From contig CAWGIE010000033.1 in NCBI GenBank assembly GCA_963822585.1, positions 64,001 to 128,000 on the forward strand: 64,000 bases of DNA, given 5' to 3'. The notes under the pieces are model-generated. The model was not told where the DNA came from, made no database searches, and saw nothing but the letters and a program-made list of their open reading frames with translations. A program made the position numbers and the translations under genes. Shown here one piece after another: positions 30,132 to 42,542 of this stretch. Positions within the stretch are counted from its first letter, which is position 1; each line of letters begins with the position of its first letter. The DNA comes from an uncultured bacterium (lineage in GTDB: Bacteria > Auribacterota > Erginobacteria > Erginobacterales > Erginobacteraceae).

Positions 30132-32153
30132 ATGAAATATCCATCCATCCCCGCGGCAGCGGCTCTTATGGTTTCTCTGATCATCCCCGATCATTCCGGG
30201 GCGGCAGTGGGAGATATCGTGAATACCATCTCCCGTTCCGGCCACGGCTGGTTCGGAGGCATCACCTGGTACAAGGGATATATTTACGAGGTGTCGGCGG
30301 CGACCGGTGCCGCCCGGATCGAGAAGAAGGATCCCGTCACCGGGTCTAAGGTGGCGGAATATTACACCCCCGTCGATATCACCTGCGACGGCTGGATCGA
30401 TGATATCGCCTACGACTCGCGCCGCGAATGCTTCTGGATCTCCGTGGGGGCGGCCGGGATCTATCAGTGCTCCCTGAAGGGGGGAGATACTCTCTCGCAC
30501 TTTTATCCCGGCAAACACCCCTACGGCCTCTATTACGAAGCCGCCACCGACCTGCTCTGGATTGCCGACAATGTCAATGGCCGGATTGACAAGTGGGACC
30601 TCAACTCCTTCCAACGGGTGGAGAGGATCTCCCTCGATTTCCTGCCCACCGGTATAACCCGGGTGGGGAATGACCTCTGGATCTGCGAAGCCGGCGATTA
30701 CGACGTCCGCGACCCGGCCGTCGTTTCCCGGTGCGATCTGCAGGGGAAACGGACCGGGGTATGGTTCGAACTGCCGAGCACCTCAGGCTACTGGTGGGAC
30801 CATGGCGGGTCCACCTTCGACGGAACCTATCTCTGGGTGAAGGGAGGGAAATACACCCGAATCTATCAGATCGATATCGGGGATAACCCGTCGCCGCGGC
30901 CCACGCCCGTGAGCGCCGACTCCTTCACCTACTCGATCGGCACCCTTTTCGATGACAACGCCTTCACGGACCTCATCGACACCGACAACGCGGTTTTCAA
31001 CCCGGAAGGAGCGATCGGCTATTGGTGCCCGACCGCGCGGACGGAGGAGACGGCGGGGAGCGTCGTCTACCGGATCGATCTCCCGGTCGTCATCGCCACC
31101 GCCTCTTTGACCGCCGCCGGGGCGGTCTTCTGGGGCGAGGGCGAGCTGACCGTCGAGGTCTCCCCCGACGGCGGATCCTATCACGAGGTCTACACGCTGC
31201 CCCGGGGCGGCGGCGACACCGTGAGCGATAACCAGGAGCGCGACATCACCGCTTACGTCGCCGGCAGCTCCACCGTCTACGTCCGGGCCCGGATGCGGGC
31301 CGGGAGCTCCTACTGCTCCCAGTTTCTCCGCAACGGCTCGACGGGAAGCCCGGTCCTCTCCCTCCGGGGATTGGCATCGCCCCCGGCGCCGGCGACAGCC
31401 TCCCGGCCGCCCCTGATCGAGTCGGGCGACTATGACGGCGACGGCGCCGCCGAGATCGCCGTTTTCCGGGAGAGCAGCGGGCTCTGGTCGATCCGGGGCG
31501 TCACCCGGGTTTATTTCGGCGCCGCGGGGGACATCCCCGTTTCCGGAGACTATAACGGCGACGGCACCGCCGAGATCGCCCTCTACCGCCCGGGGAACGG
31601 GCTGTGGGCGGTCAACGGGATCGGCCGCGCCTACTTCGGTGGGCCAAACGATCTTCCCCTCCCCGGGGACTACAACAACAATGGCCAGTGCGACCTCGCT
31701 ATATTCAGAGAGAACACCGGGCTCTGGGCGATCCGGGGCGTCACCCGCTTCTACTTCGGCGGATCCGGCGACCAGCCGGTTCCGGCGGACTATGACGAGC
31801 GACGGAGGGTGCGATATCGTCCTCTTCCGGGACGGACTCGGGCTCTGGGCGATCCGGGGTCACACCCGGATCTACTTCGGCAGTCCCGGCGACACCGCGG
31901 TCCCGGCGCAGTACTACCCCCGCGTCAACCGTTCGCTCTGCGCCGTCTTCCGATCCTCACCGGTCTCTGGTCGATCCGCGACGTCTCCCGTTTCTACTTC
32001 GGCGCCGGTTCCGACTGCCCGGTTCCGGGCGATTACACTCGGGAGGGATGCTCACAGCCGGCCGTCTTCGACGGCGATTCCGGACGCTGGGCGATCCGCG
32101 GCGTCTCCCGGCTCTACTTTGGAACTGCTGGCGATATACCGGTAACGAGATGA
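30132..32153 (+). CDS. Secreted protein: beta-propeller + ~150-aa beta-rich middle domain + FG-GAP/VCBS-like module (compensating frameshifts ~31800-31955)
   Basis: Signal peptide; GITWYKGY, TFDGTYLW; IESGDYDGDG repeats ending GDIPVTR. Confidence 0.75.
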   Translation: MKYPSIPAAAALMVSLIIPDHSGAAVGDIVNTISRSGHGWFGGITWYKGYIYEVSAATGAARIEKKDPVTGSKVAEYYTPVDITCDGWIDDIAYDSRRECFWISVGAAGIYQCSLKGGDTLSHFYPGKHPYGLYYEAATDLLWIADNVNGRIDKWDLNSFQRVERISLDFLPTGITRVGNDLWICEAGDYDVRDPAVVSRCDLQGKRTGVWFELPSTSGYWWDHGGSTFDGTYLWVKGGKYTRIYQIDIGDNPSPRPTPVSADSFTYSIGTLFDDNAFTDLIDTDNAVFNPEGAIGYWCPTARTEETAGSVVYRIDLPVVIATASLTAAGAVFWGEGELTVEVSPDGGSYHEVYTLPRGGGDTVSDNQERDITAYVAGSSTVYVRARMRAGSSYCSQFLRNGSTGSPVLSLRGLASPPAPATASRPPLIESGDYDGDGAAEIAVFRESSGLWSIRGVTRVYFGAAGDIPVSGDYNGDGTAEIALYRPGNGLWAVNGIGRAYFGGPNDLPLPGDYNNNGQCDLAIFRENTGLWAIRGVTRFYFGGSGDQPVPADYDERRRVRYRPLPGRTRALGDPGSHPDLLRQSRRHRGPGAVLPPRQPFALRRLPILTGLWSIRDVSRFYFGAGSDCPVPGDYTREGCSQPAVFDGDSGRWAIRGVSRLYFGTAGDIPVTR

Positions 32154-32258
32154 GTATCGGGTGACTGCATAAGAACAATCACTGCGAACGATACCGACAC
32201 CCCGCGATGGTCGAAGACCATTTCGCGGGGCGCCGGCGACGTCCCCGTCACCCGGTGA
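32151..32258 (+). repeat. Duplicated 3' structured element (three stem-loops), copy 1
   Basis: Near-identical to 34552-34658; stems GTATCG/CGATAC, CCCCGCGA/TCGCGGGG, CCGGCGACG/CGTCACCCGG. Confidence 0.75.
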
Positions 32259-32500
32259 ATATGACGACGGCCGGATTGACTCGAAAGAGCCACGAGCACT
32301 TGATTGCTCTGATTTGTTTTGAAAAGTTATAGAGCACCTGATTTCTCTGATTTGCCCGCAAGAGAAAAATCAGAGTGATCAGGTACTGATATCAAAGGGC
32401 GGGGGAAGGGATCTCCCGTTCGTTCAGGAGCAAAATAATGAGCAAAGCCGACGCACTTAATGCTTCTCTGATCTCAGCCCGTCAAAAAAGGATACAACCG

Positions 32501-34554
32501 ATGAAAAACAAATTTCGATTCATTGCTTTTTGCGCCATTTTCCTGGCACCCGGCTTCATTCGCCCTTCCGGCAGCCGGGGGGCGCTCGGGGATATCGTCC
32601 ATCAGATCGGGGTCAGTGGGACCAACTGGGGCGGAGGCGGTATCACCTGGCGTGACGGATATCTCTGGGAAAACGTCCGCAAGAAGCAGTATCTTTACCA
32701 AAGAGACCCGGTAACCGGCAAGACCGTATCCACGATCTGGATAAACATCCTGAACGGGGTGGCCGTAGCCTGGGATTCCAAGCGGGGCACCTGGTGGCTG
32801 ACCGACCCCTACGACCCCGACAATGCCAGTCCGGGAACAGCCTACGACGATATCCTCCAGTACAAGGCCAACGGAGGCAATTATATCAGCGGCTTCGATC
32901 CCAAACTTTACGACAGCGACATTTTTTACGACGCGCAGCTCGACCGGATCTGGATCGGTTCCAACAACCCGCCGGGGAGCGGCTTTTTGGCCAAGTACAC
33001 CGTGGATGGGGCCCGGGACGGGAAGAAGATATATCCCGGGTTCGACGTCCAGGGGATCGCTCGGGCGGGTGATTACCTCTGGGTGGGAAACTTCAGCGAA
33101 GCGCCCCAGGCCGCTTATTACATTTTCCAGATGAAGCTGGACGGCACGCTCACCGGCGTTGCCTTCGGGACGCCGGGGAACGCGGCGGTCGCCGCCCTCA
33201 CCTTCGACGGCACCTACCTCTGGGCGCTTGTCCCCTCGAAGGGCGCCATTTATCAGATCGACATCGGGAACGGCGAGCCGCTTCCTCCCCCTCCGCCTCA
33301 GGCGACGCCGACACCGGACAACTCGTTCACCTACACGATCAATACCCTCTTCGACGACAACGCATTTACCGAACTCATCGACACCGACAACGCGGTTTTC
33401 AACCCGGAAGGATCCATCTCCTACTGGTGCCCGGCCGTCCGGGATGGAGAGGTCACGGGGAGCGTGACGTATCGGATCGAACTTCCCCTCGTTATCGAAA
33501 CCGCCTCTTTGACCGCCGCCGGGGCGGTCTTCTGGGGTGAGGGCGAGCTGACCGTCGAGGTCTCCCCCGACGGCGGATCCTATCACGAGGTCTACACGCT
33601 GGCCCGGGGCGGCGGCGACGCCGTGAGCGATAACCAGGAGCGCGACATCACCGCCTCCGTCGCCGGCAGCTCCACCGTCTACGTCCGGGCCCGGATGCGG
33701 GCCTGGAGTTCCTATTGCTCCCAGTTTCTTCGCAACGGGTCGACGGGAACCCGGTCCTGTCCCTCCGGGGATCGGCATCGGCGCCGGCGCCGCCGGCCGC
33801 CTCCCGGCCGCCCCTGATCGAGTCGGGCGACTATGACGGCGACGGCGCCGCCGAGATCGCCGTCTTCCGGGAGAGCAGCGGGCTCTGGTCGATCCGGGGC
33901 GTCACCCGGGTTTATTTCGGCGCCGCGGGGGACATCCCCGTTTCCGGAGACTATAACGGCGACGGCACCGCCGAGATCGCCCTCTACCGCCCGGGGAACG
34001 GGCTGTGGGCCTTCAACGACGCCGGCCGCGCCTACTTCGGCGGACCGGGGGACATCCCCGTCCCCGGGGACTACAATAACGACGGCCGGTGCGATATCGC
34101 CCTCTTCCGGGAGAGCATGGGGCTGTGGGCGATCCGCGGCGTCAGCCGGGTCTACTTCGGCTGCCCCGGCGACCGGCCGGTCCCGGCGGACTACACCAAG
34201 GACGGGGGGTGCGATATCGCCCTCTTCCGGGATGATCTCGGGCGCTGGGCAATCCGGGGCCACTCCCGGATCTACTTCGGCGCCCCCGGCGACACCTCTG
34301 TCCCGGCCCCGTACTACCCGAACGTCAACCGTTCACTCTGCGCCGTCTTTCGGGCAAGCACCGGTCTCTGGTCGATCCGCGGCGTCTCCCGCTTCTACTT
34401 CGGCGGCGGTTCCGACCGCCCGGTTCCGGGCGACTACACCCGGGCCGGGTGCTCCAGCCGGCCCTCTTCGACGGCAAGTTCCGCCCGCTGGGCCCTCCGC
34501 GGCGTCTCCCGGTTCTACTTTGGATCTGCTGGCGACATACCGGTCACGAGATGA
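32501..34554 (+). CDS. Secreted beta-propeller + middle domain + FG-GAP/VCBS-like module, paralog of 30132 (frameshift ~33745)
   Basis: MKNKFRFIAFCAIFLA signal; GITWRDGYLW; from ~33315 onward highly similar to 30915-32153. Confidence 0.75.
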
Positions 34555-34658
34555 GTATCGGGTGATTGCATAAGAACAATCACTGCGAACGATACCGACA
34601 CCCCGCGATGGTCGAAGACCATTTCGCGGGGCGCCGGCGACGTCCCCGTCACCCGGTA
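34552..34658 (+). repeat. Duplicated 3' structured element, copy 2
   Basis: Matches 32151-32258. Confidence 0.75.
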
Positions 34659-34750
34659 AACTCGGGATGCAATCCTGGTCGCCGCCTTTACTTCCCTGCT
34701 CATCCTAATACCCGATTGGAAACATTATCTCAGGGGGATCAAAACGGTTT

Positions 34751-34843
34751 AAACCACGAAGAACACGAAGAGCACGAAGTTTTTACTAAAATGGGGAACA
34801 AAACCCTATTTCCCCTCAATCATCCTTCGTGACCTTCGTGGTG
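34751..34843. repeat. CACGAAG-type inverted-repeat element
   Basis: AAACCACGAAGAACACGAAGAGCACGAAG ... CTTCGTGACCTTCGTGGTG. Confidence 0.8.
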
Positions 34844-35010
34844 AATATCATCCGTGTTTGAGCTACGGTTTCTGCGATAATTTAGAGTAAGATATTTATT
34901 GGTGCTCTTAGCGGCGGACAGAGGTATACTGTTCAGGCTGATAATGCCGCCTGCTCCGGCAGGGCGACCGGAAAAGGAAAAACAGTAATCCCGGCGTGTT
35001 TTGCTCTTCG

Positions 35011-36835
35011 ATGAAAAAATTTTCCCGCAGCTATTATTTTTACGCTACTTTCGGGCTTATCCTCCTCGTCCACCTCTATGGAGTGTTTATTTTCCTCCCC
35101 CCGGCGAGGGAGCTTTGGGACAATTTCCCGATCATCAACAGCGATTACCTCCTGCACTATTACCAGGCGGATACGGCCCGGCATTTTATACGGATTTCCG
35201 GCCGCACCTGGGGTTACGATCCCCATCTGATGGCCGGATATCCGGCCAATACCATCTATGACATCGGGTATAAACTCTGCGAACTCTTCGTCGCGCTTTT
35301 TTCGTTTCTCGGAACCGGGCGGGCGTACAGCCTCTTTATCTTTCTCACTTTCATCATCCCTCCCCTCCTCATTTACGGGGCGGGGCGGAAATTCGATCTC
35401 TCCCCCCCGCAATCGCTGACCGCGGCGCTCCTGGCCGTCATTTTCTGGCACCTGGACCATAACATGAACGGGATCAGCTCCCCGCTGGAAGGGCTGCTGG
35501 GATGGGGGATGTTCACTTTCGCCTTCGGCTGTTTCCTCTCCGTCTTCGTGATCGCCGTCTTTTATCGCTATTCCCGCGAGGGAAGAAAAGGCGACCTGGC
35601 CCTCCTCTTCATCTGCGGACCGCTCCTACCACTGCTCCACCTTTTTTCGGTTCCGATCGTCGCCCTCCCGATCGCGGTCATCTTTCTCTGTTACCTCCGC
35701 CGGAGACCGCGGAAATACCCGGTCATCTTTCTGCTCTGGATCTTCTGGATACTGGCCTGCAACATCTTCTGGGTTATCCCCTTCCTTTCTTTCCACCATT
35801 ACATCCGCCGGTTCGAGGTCGGACCGATCCGCTTCGAGACCATCAGGAACTTCTTCATCTTCCGGGGGGGGCTTCGCCCCCTCTCCCTCTGGCTCTTCTT
35901 CGGGCTCCTGGGAACCCTGGGCTGGAGAAAAGACCGGAAAGGTCTCATGCTCGCCTACCTGGCCGTCATCGTGTGCTTCCTCTTCGTCTCTTTTCCGGGC
36001 AGCCTGGTTTTCCCTTTTCTCGACGCCCTGGAACCGGGCCGTTTCATCATCGCGCTCAAATGCCTCCTGATCATCCCCGCCGCCGTCGCCCTGACCAGGG
36101 CGGCGTCCATCATGCGCAGCCGCCTCCTCGCCTTCTTCATCTTCCTGCTCGTCCTGGTCGCGATGATTGTCTTCATGCCGCTCACCGGGCGGCTCTCGGC
36201 CCGGCTGCCGGAAAAAGCCGATCAATTGATCGCTTTTCTCCGCGAAAATACCAACCCTCGGGAGGATACTGGTCCAGGGATCCGATGCCCGCCATCCGGG
36301 GATGTGGTTCGGCACCCACGTCCTCTTCTTTCCCCTCTACATGCCGATCGAGCAGATCGGGGGACCGCCGGGGAGAGTCCCCCTCAAGCACCATTTCGCG
36401 GAATTCCAGTACGATTATCTTTTTGAACGGCAACTCTCCCGGCTAACACCGGAGGAGGCAAGCGGCTACCTCGATCTTTACAACATCAAATGGATCGTCG
36501 TCTGGTCTGACGGGGCGAGCGCTTACTTCAAGGGCCTGCCGGAACTGGTCGAAATGATCGGCAAGGTGGGGTATGGCGGCCGGAAATTCTATATCTTCCA
36601 GGCACGACGGGATCCCTCCTTCTTCATCCGGGGATCGGGCAGCATCAAGGCGGATTACGACCGGATCGAGATCGACAACCCCTCTTCCGGGGAGATCGTG
36701 ATCAAATATCATTGGCTGGAGACTCTGAAGACGGAGCCGAAGGTGGAGATGGAGCCGGTGATGATGCGGGACGACCCGATACCGTTTATTAAATTAAATA
36801 ACCCAGGGTATGATAGGATAACGATATCTAATTAA
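35011..36835 (+). CDS. Polytopic membrane protein, GT-C/YfhO-like (frameshift ~36260)
   Basis: DYLLHYY, WGYDPHLMAGYP, many TM helices; soluble C-terminus LDLYNIKWIV, IKYHW. Confidence 0.6.
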
Positions 36836-37098
36836 GAATTTACGTTTTTGGCGCAACTAATGACGAATGACGAATAAAATCCAAATGACAAATGAACAAA
36901 TTTCCCATTTTCTTTCTGCGGCGCGGCGCGGGCAAGGGGGGCGCATCTGGGCATCCGCCTTCGCGAGAGCGCCGAAGCCCTTCGGCGGAGGCGCTTTGAT
37001 ATTCGTTTTTCGTCATTCTTTCGTCATTCGTCATTAGGATTTCGTCATTCATGTTGTTTCTCCTAATCTATTCAAATTCCGAAGAAGGAAAATAGCCC
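36834..37098. mobile_element. ~270-bp AATGACG-TIR element, copy 2
   Basis: Colinear with 4625-4906, including the core ATCCGCCTTCGCGAGAGCGCCGAAGCC and the right flank AAATTCCGAAG. Confidence 0.7.
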
Positions 37099-37142
37099 AC
37101 ACTTTTCACAGACGTAGTGGATTTACAGGTGCATCCCTTCCC

Positions 37143-38452
37143 ATGACCGAAACCAGCATTGGAAAAAAAATATTCTTCACCGTCATCACCGTTCTTCTCG
37201 CCGGGCTGCTGCTGGAAGGCGCCGCTTTCCTTCTCTCCTCTATCCTGACCGGGAAACCCCTCTCCCCGGCCCGCTGCCAGGCGGAGAGACGGCAGCTGAT
37301 CGGCACCGGCGCGCCGGGTGCGGGAGAGGGAGAAACCGCCGGGGCGGGGGCCGGGTACGAGCCGGGGCATTTCTACGAGGTGATCCATCCCTACCTGGGA
37401 TACGTCCGCGATCCCACCCGGATGCCCGATCATAACGAGTACGGCTTCCCCGGGAAGGAGAGCCCGATCGAGAAAAGATCGCCCGGGCGCCTGATTATCG
37501 GTATCTTCGGGGGGTCCTTCGCGGAAGACCTGGCCCGGGAGGGGGGAGACCACTGGTCGGCGTTTTGGGAGCTTCCCCTCTCTGCTCCGGCCGGGAGATC
37601 GTCATCCGCCCGATCGCCATCGGCGGATACAAGCAGCCCCAGCAGCTGCTCGCTCTCGCCTACCTTCTCTCCCTGGGGGCGGAATTCGACATCGTCATCG
37701 CCATCGACGGCTTCAACGAGGTCGTCCTCACCCGGCATGAGAACCTGCCGAAAGGCATTTTCCCTTTCTTCCCCCGCGGCTGGTACGCCTGGGCGGGGGG
37801 GAACGGCCAATCCCGCGCTGTTACAATATGCTGGACGGATCGCTCTGCTCGATGAAGCGCGGCGGCGGCGGGCCGTTCTCTTCTCCGCGATCCCCCTCCG
37901 CTACAGCCCCCTGGCCAACACACTCTGGAAATACCTGGACAACCGGACCGCGAGGAAGAAAAGAATGCTGGAGACCGATCTCCAGGAATATGAAATCGGG
38001 AGAGAGGAGGAGCCGGGCTACGCCGTCACCGGGCCCCGGTTCCGTTCCCGAAATAAATATCGGGCGTTCGCCGAAGTCTGGAAGAACGCCAGTCTCCAGA
38101 TGGATAAACTCTGCCGGGCCAACGGGATCATGTATCTGCATTTCCTCCAGCCCAATCAGCACCTTCCCGGTTCCAAGCCCATCGGGCCGGAAGAGGCAAA
38201 AGCGGCGCTCCAGGGGGCCCATACGGTTACCGGGAGGCGGTCAGGAAAGGCTACCCATACCTCATCCGGGCGGGAGAGGAGATGAAAAGCCGGGGAGTCG
38301 ACTTTCACGATCTGACAATGATCTTCCGGGACCACCCGGAACCTCTCTACATCGACAACTGCTGTCATGTCAGTGAAGAAGGGTACTCCCTGGTCGCGGA
38401 GAAGATCGGGGAAGCCATTATCGAGCGGCAGGAGCGGGACGGCGGCCGGTGA
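37143..38452 (+). CDS. Membrane-anchored SGNH-like protein (frameshifts)
   Basis: N-terminal TM; HPYLGY; IGIFGGSFA; GGYKQPQQL, IDGFNE; HFLQPNQ; YIDNCCH. Confidence 0.6.
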
Positions 38453-39720
38453 AGCACCCAGTCCTGAAGACAGCAGGTCACCCTTTTCCTTTCGCTGCTG
38501 ATCGGCCTGGTCATCTGCGAACTCGTCACCCGGATCGTCACCCGGACCGATGCGGACGGACAGGTCTATTTCCGGGGGGAACCCCTGCTTCCCTACCGGA
38601 TCCCGGAGAAACGGATCCGGGAGATACTGGACTACCAGGCAAGCCGGCCCGACCCCTACCTGATCCCCGATCCGGTCCTGGGCTGGACCATCGCTCCCCA
38701 CGGAGCGGTCGAGTCCGGCATCTACCGGGCGGATTCCCAGGGGATCCGTTCCGATCCCCGGGAATATGAACTCATCCCGCCTGAGGGAACGCTCCGGATC
38801 GCCCTCTTCGGCGATTCATTCACCCATGGCGACGAAGAGCCCTACCCCCAAACCTGGGGAAAACTCCTGGAAGACGAGCTGCGGAGAAGGGGTATCCGGG
38901 CGGAAGTTCTCAATTTCGGCGTCCCCGCCTATGGTCTCGGCCAGGCCTACCTGCGCTGGAACCGTCTGGGTCGCCGTTTCTCCCCCCTGATCGCGGTTTT
39001 GGGCTTCCAGGTGAGAACATCAAGCGAACGCTCAATATCTTCCGCTTACTCTACAGCTCTTCATCCGGCCTTCCCTTCAGCAAGCCCCGCTTCACCCTCG
39101 ACAACGAGGGGAATCTCCGTCCTGTCAACTCACCGACCATCCCCCCGGAAGAAGTGTTGTCCACCCTGAAAAATTTCAACTCCCACCCCCTGGAAAAATA
39201 CGAGTACTGGTACAACCCCAAAGCCTATTCCAGCTCCCTCTGGACGGAGAGCCGCTTTCTCCGGCTTCTCTACACCTTCCTTTTCCGGGGGAAGAGGAAC
39301 CGGAAAGAGGGGCCCGGCTGGCTCGCTCCGGCAGGGGAAGGCCCCTGGGTCACCCTCGCTCTGATCAGGAAGTTCGCCCAGGAGGTCCGGGGTTCGGGCG
39401 GGATCCCGATCCTGCTCCACACCCCGGCCCGGCAACAGGTAAACTCAATGAAACCCGGAGAGGATCCGTTCTATTACTTTATCCTCCGCCAAGCGGAAGA
39501 GGACGGGATCCGGGTCGTGGACCCGGCCCCGGAGATGCGGGGGAAGTCACGCCTTTTCAAAAAACGCGGCCATTACTCAAGCCGGGGGGGGAAGATCGTG
39601 GCCCGGGTTCTGGCGGACGCCATCGTCGGGGTCATAGCGGAGCAGCCTGATCTTTCGGCCGCCGAATTCACACTCCTTGACCAGGGAGAAGCCGGGGGGA
39701 AGCTCGGAAGCGGTCAGTAA
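38449..39720 (+). CDS. Membrane-anchored SGNH/GDSL protein (frameshifts)
   Basis: PDPVLGW, RIALFGDSFTHG, LNFGVPAYGLGQAYL, GHYSSRGGKIVA. Confidence 0.7.
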
Positions 39721-41235
39721 AAACCGCAGGTCCGGGTGGATCATGTATAGCTTATAGTCGTCGATGATGATGTATCTGATCCCCCATTTTTCGAGGTAAC
39801 GCCGGAGCCCGGGGAGTTCCCCCCAGTAAAAGACGTTCCACCGGCAGCCGGCGTAGTGGCTTACCCCCATCCGGAACATCATGACGTTCTCGTTCTCGAT
39901 CCCCGCTATATTGCTCTTCATCCAGTCCCCCATGATCTTATACTCGTAGGGGATGCCCACCTTCTTCCATTTCCGCATGATGACCTCCCCCGAGCCGAGC
40001 AGCATGCCGGCCACGATGACGCCGATCAGCAGATAATAGCCCCCCGCAGAATCCGGGCGCCGGAGAAAGGGGGACGCTCCTCTCTCCCGGCGAGGACCCG
40101 GGCAAACACGATCAGCGCCAGCGGGATGTACGGATAGAAATAGCGGTGCTCGATCGTCACCACGACGAAGACCAGGGCGGGGGTGAACAGCGGAGCAGGA
40201 ACAAACCGGAAAGGAATTCCCGGCGGCGGCGGAAAATATGGAGGAAAAAAAAGATAAAACCGACCACGACCGCGCCCAGTATCATCGCCAGCAGCCGGAC
40301 ATTCATCCCCAGGTAAAAGGCGGTCTTTCCGATCTCGTGGTAGCCGTCCTCCAGGTTGTACCGGACGATCTCCATGAACTCGAAGGGGTGAAAAGAGCCA
40401 TCCTGAACATCCCCATTCCCTCTCTTCGTTCCCCGGAGACCTCCGGGTGAAAAATCGACTCCATGTGACGGAAGATGATCTCCGACTCGGTCGTGCCCCG
40501 GGCCTGCTCCAGCTTCATGCTCAAATCCTGGAAATGGCTGCTTCCGCTCACCTGCCAGGTCCCCGTCACCCGGTGGATGAAAATCCAGTAGGGAAGGCAG
40601 ACCAGGCTGAAAGCGAGGGCGAAAACGGCCGCCCGGAATATAAAGGCGCCCCCGGCAATCCGGAGGCGGGAAAACTTCCCAGAGGAAGAAAAGGAGCAGG
40701 AGTGGGAGAAATGCCAGGCCGGAGGGGTGCGTCAGAAAGGAGAGACCGATCAGCGCCCCCGCGAAGGGTAACCCGATAAAGCGGCGGCGGGAGAATGACC
40801 ACCAGAAAACGGAGATCCCGGCGAGGAGCAGAAAGGTGTAGAGAGACTCGGAGAAAGTTTCCACTGACCCGTAGACAAGGAGGGGAAAGATGGCGGTGAA
40901 GAGTGCGGCATACCGGGCAGTCCGGGTTCCGTAGAGGTCCCGGGCCAAAATATACACCGGGATGACCAGAGCGGACCCGGCCAGGACCGAAACCAGATGC
41001 CCGGCGGCCACCAGGTCGCCGGTCAGCTGCCAGGCGAGGCCGGTCATGATCGGATAGAAGGGGGGATGGATGACGTGGGGGACGCCGAACTCGGTCAGCC
41101 CGCGGCCGGTAAAAAGGTTTCGGGCCAGGAGCAGGTCACGGTGTCGCTTCCGCCCCCGGAGTCGATAAAACGAAAGGTGAAGAAAGAGACCAGCCGGAGC
41201 AGGAGCGCGACCGTTATGAAAAGGAGCAGATACAT
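39577..41235 (-). CDS. GT39/ArnT-like membrane glycosyltransferase (frameshifts)
   Basis: LVSVLAGSALVIPVYILARDLYG, FSESLYTFLL, GLSFLTHPSG; C-terminal YIIIDD; paralog of 42543-44185. Confidence 0.7.
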
Positions 41236-41256
41236 ATATTTTAAATACCGAAAAAT

Positions 41257-42492
41257 TTACAGAGGGACGATCACCGTGAAATAATAATGTATCGCCGCCG
41301 AAAGCACCGGCAGGACGCAGAAAGCCAGAAAATTGAGGCCGATCGAGTAGCCGATCAGCCCCTTCCAGAGCGGTTCCGGCACCCGGCGGCCCCCCCGGGC
41401 GACCAGGATAATCAAGACCGGGAGATAATCCAGGGAGAAGCGCTGGGCGTTGTACTGTCCCGCCCCGTTATTATGATAGAAGAGGGTAACGACCAGGGCC
41501 GCCAGGATAGAGAACCAGGCGGTGAAGAGGTACCGTTTCTCCCAGCGGGCCAAAAGAGAGAAGAAGAGGAAAGGGCTGGCGAAGGTAAGAGAAGTGCCGA
41601 GGGGGTTCATCCCGATCCTCCCCCATTCGCTGATGGAGGGAGGAAAGTCGATCGAGAACCCCTGGAGAAACATGTATACCGCGTTGAAGGGGAGGTAGGC
41701 GGATGAAAGAGGCCAAAGCGGGCCACCCGTTCTTTCAGGTAGCCGGTCATGGGCAGATAGGCGTATCCGGTATCGAAGAGGCTCCCGAAACGGGCCCCGT
41801 TAAAGGCCAGGTAAACGGCCACGCAGACGCCGAGAGTGATCAGGAAGCCGGCCAGGCGGCGGAGCGTGTCCCGCGGGGAGCGGTAGCCCTCCCGGTCCCG
41901 CAGGAGAAGAATAAAGAAGGGCGCGGAGAGGATCGTGAGCTGCCGGGAGAGGAAGGCAATCCCCAGGAAGAGCCCGGTCAGGGCGGCCCGGCCCCGGCCC
42001 AGAGCCTCGTTCAGAGCCAGCAGCAATCCGGTAACGGAAACAATGTGCGCAAATGCCATATTCCGTAACCATCCGGACCGCGGACCAGTAGGCGGTACCC
42101 AGAAAGAAGGCGGCCGCCACCCAGGGGATTTTCTCCGGCTCGATCCCGGCTTTCTTCAAAATGCCCCTGAGCAAAGGATAGTTAAGAACGGTCAAAAGGA
42201 GACTGACGGCCACCACCCAGGTGCCGCCCACACCCGCGACCGCGACTACCGGCACCAGGATGACGGCCGGGAAAGGCGGGAAAGGGACAAAATAGCGTCC
42301 CTGGAATACGGAGCAATCGTGATAGTAACGAACGAGATCCAGGCGGCCCTGCAGGAAGGCGGCGGCCTGGTGAACGGCCAGATTGCGCTCCCCGGATTTG
42401 GTGAGGACCGGAACCAGGCTGGCCAGAAAAGATAACCCCAGGATGAGAGCCCAGAGCAGCGCCGGCCTCGATATCTCCCTTATTCCTTTCAT
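41257..42492 (-). CDS. Polytopic membrane protein, putative GT-C glycosyltransferase (frameshifts)
   Basis: YFVPFPPFPAV, AFLSRQL, FNGARFGSLFDTGY, RFSLDYLP. Confidence 0.6.
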
Positions 42493-42542
42493 GATCTGTG
42501 CCTTACTCGAAAAGGTATACGCAGCTTCTTCCCGAAAGGGTA

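Noticed and set aside
15127..34658. Diversity-generating retroelement (TR/VR pairs)
   Set aside because: No reverse transcriptase; differences between repeats do not look adenine-specific.
39577..39720. 144-bp overlap of convergent genes as antisense control
   Set aside because: Both genes are frameshifted, so their true stops are uncertain.
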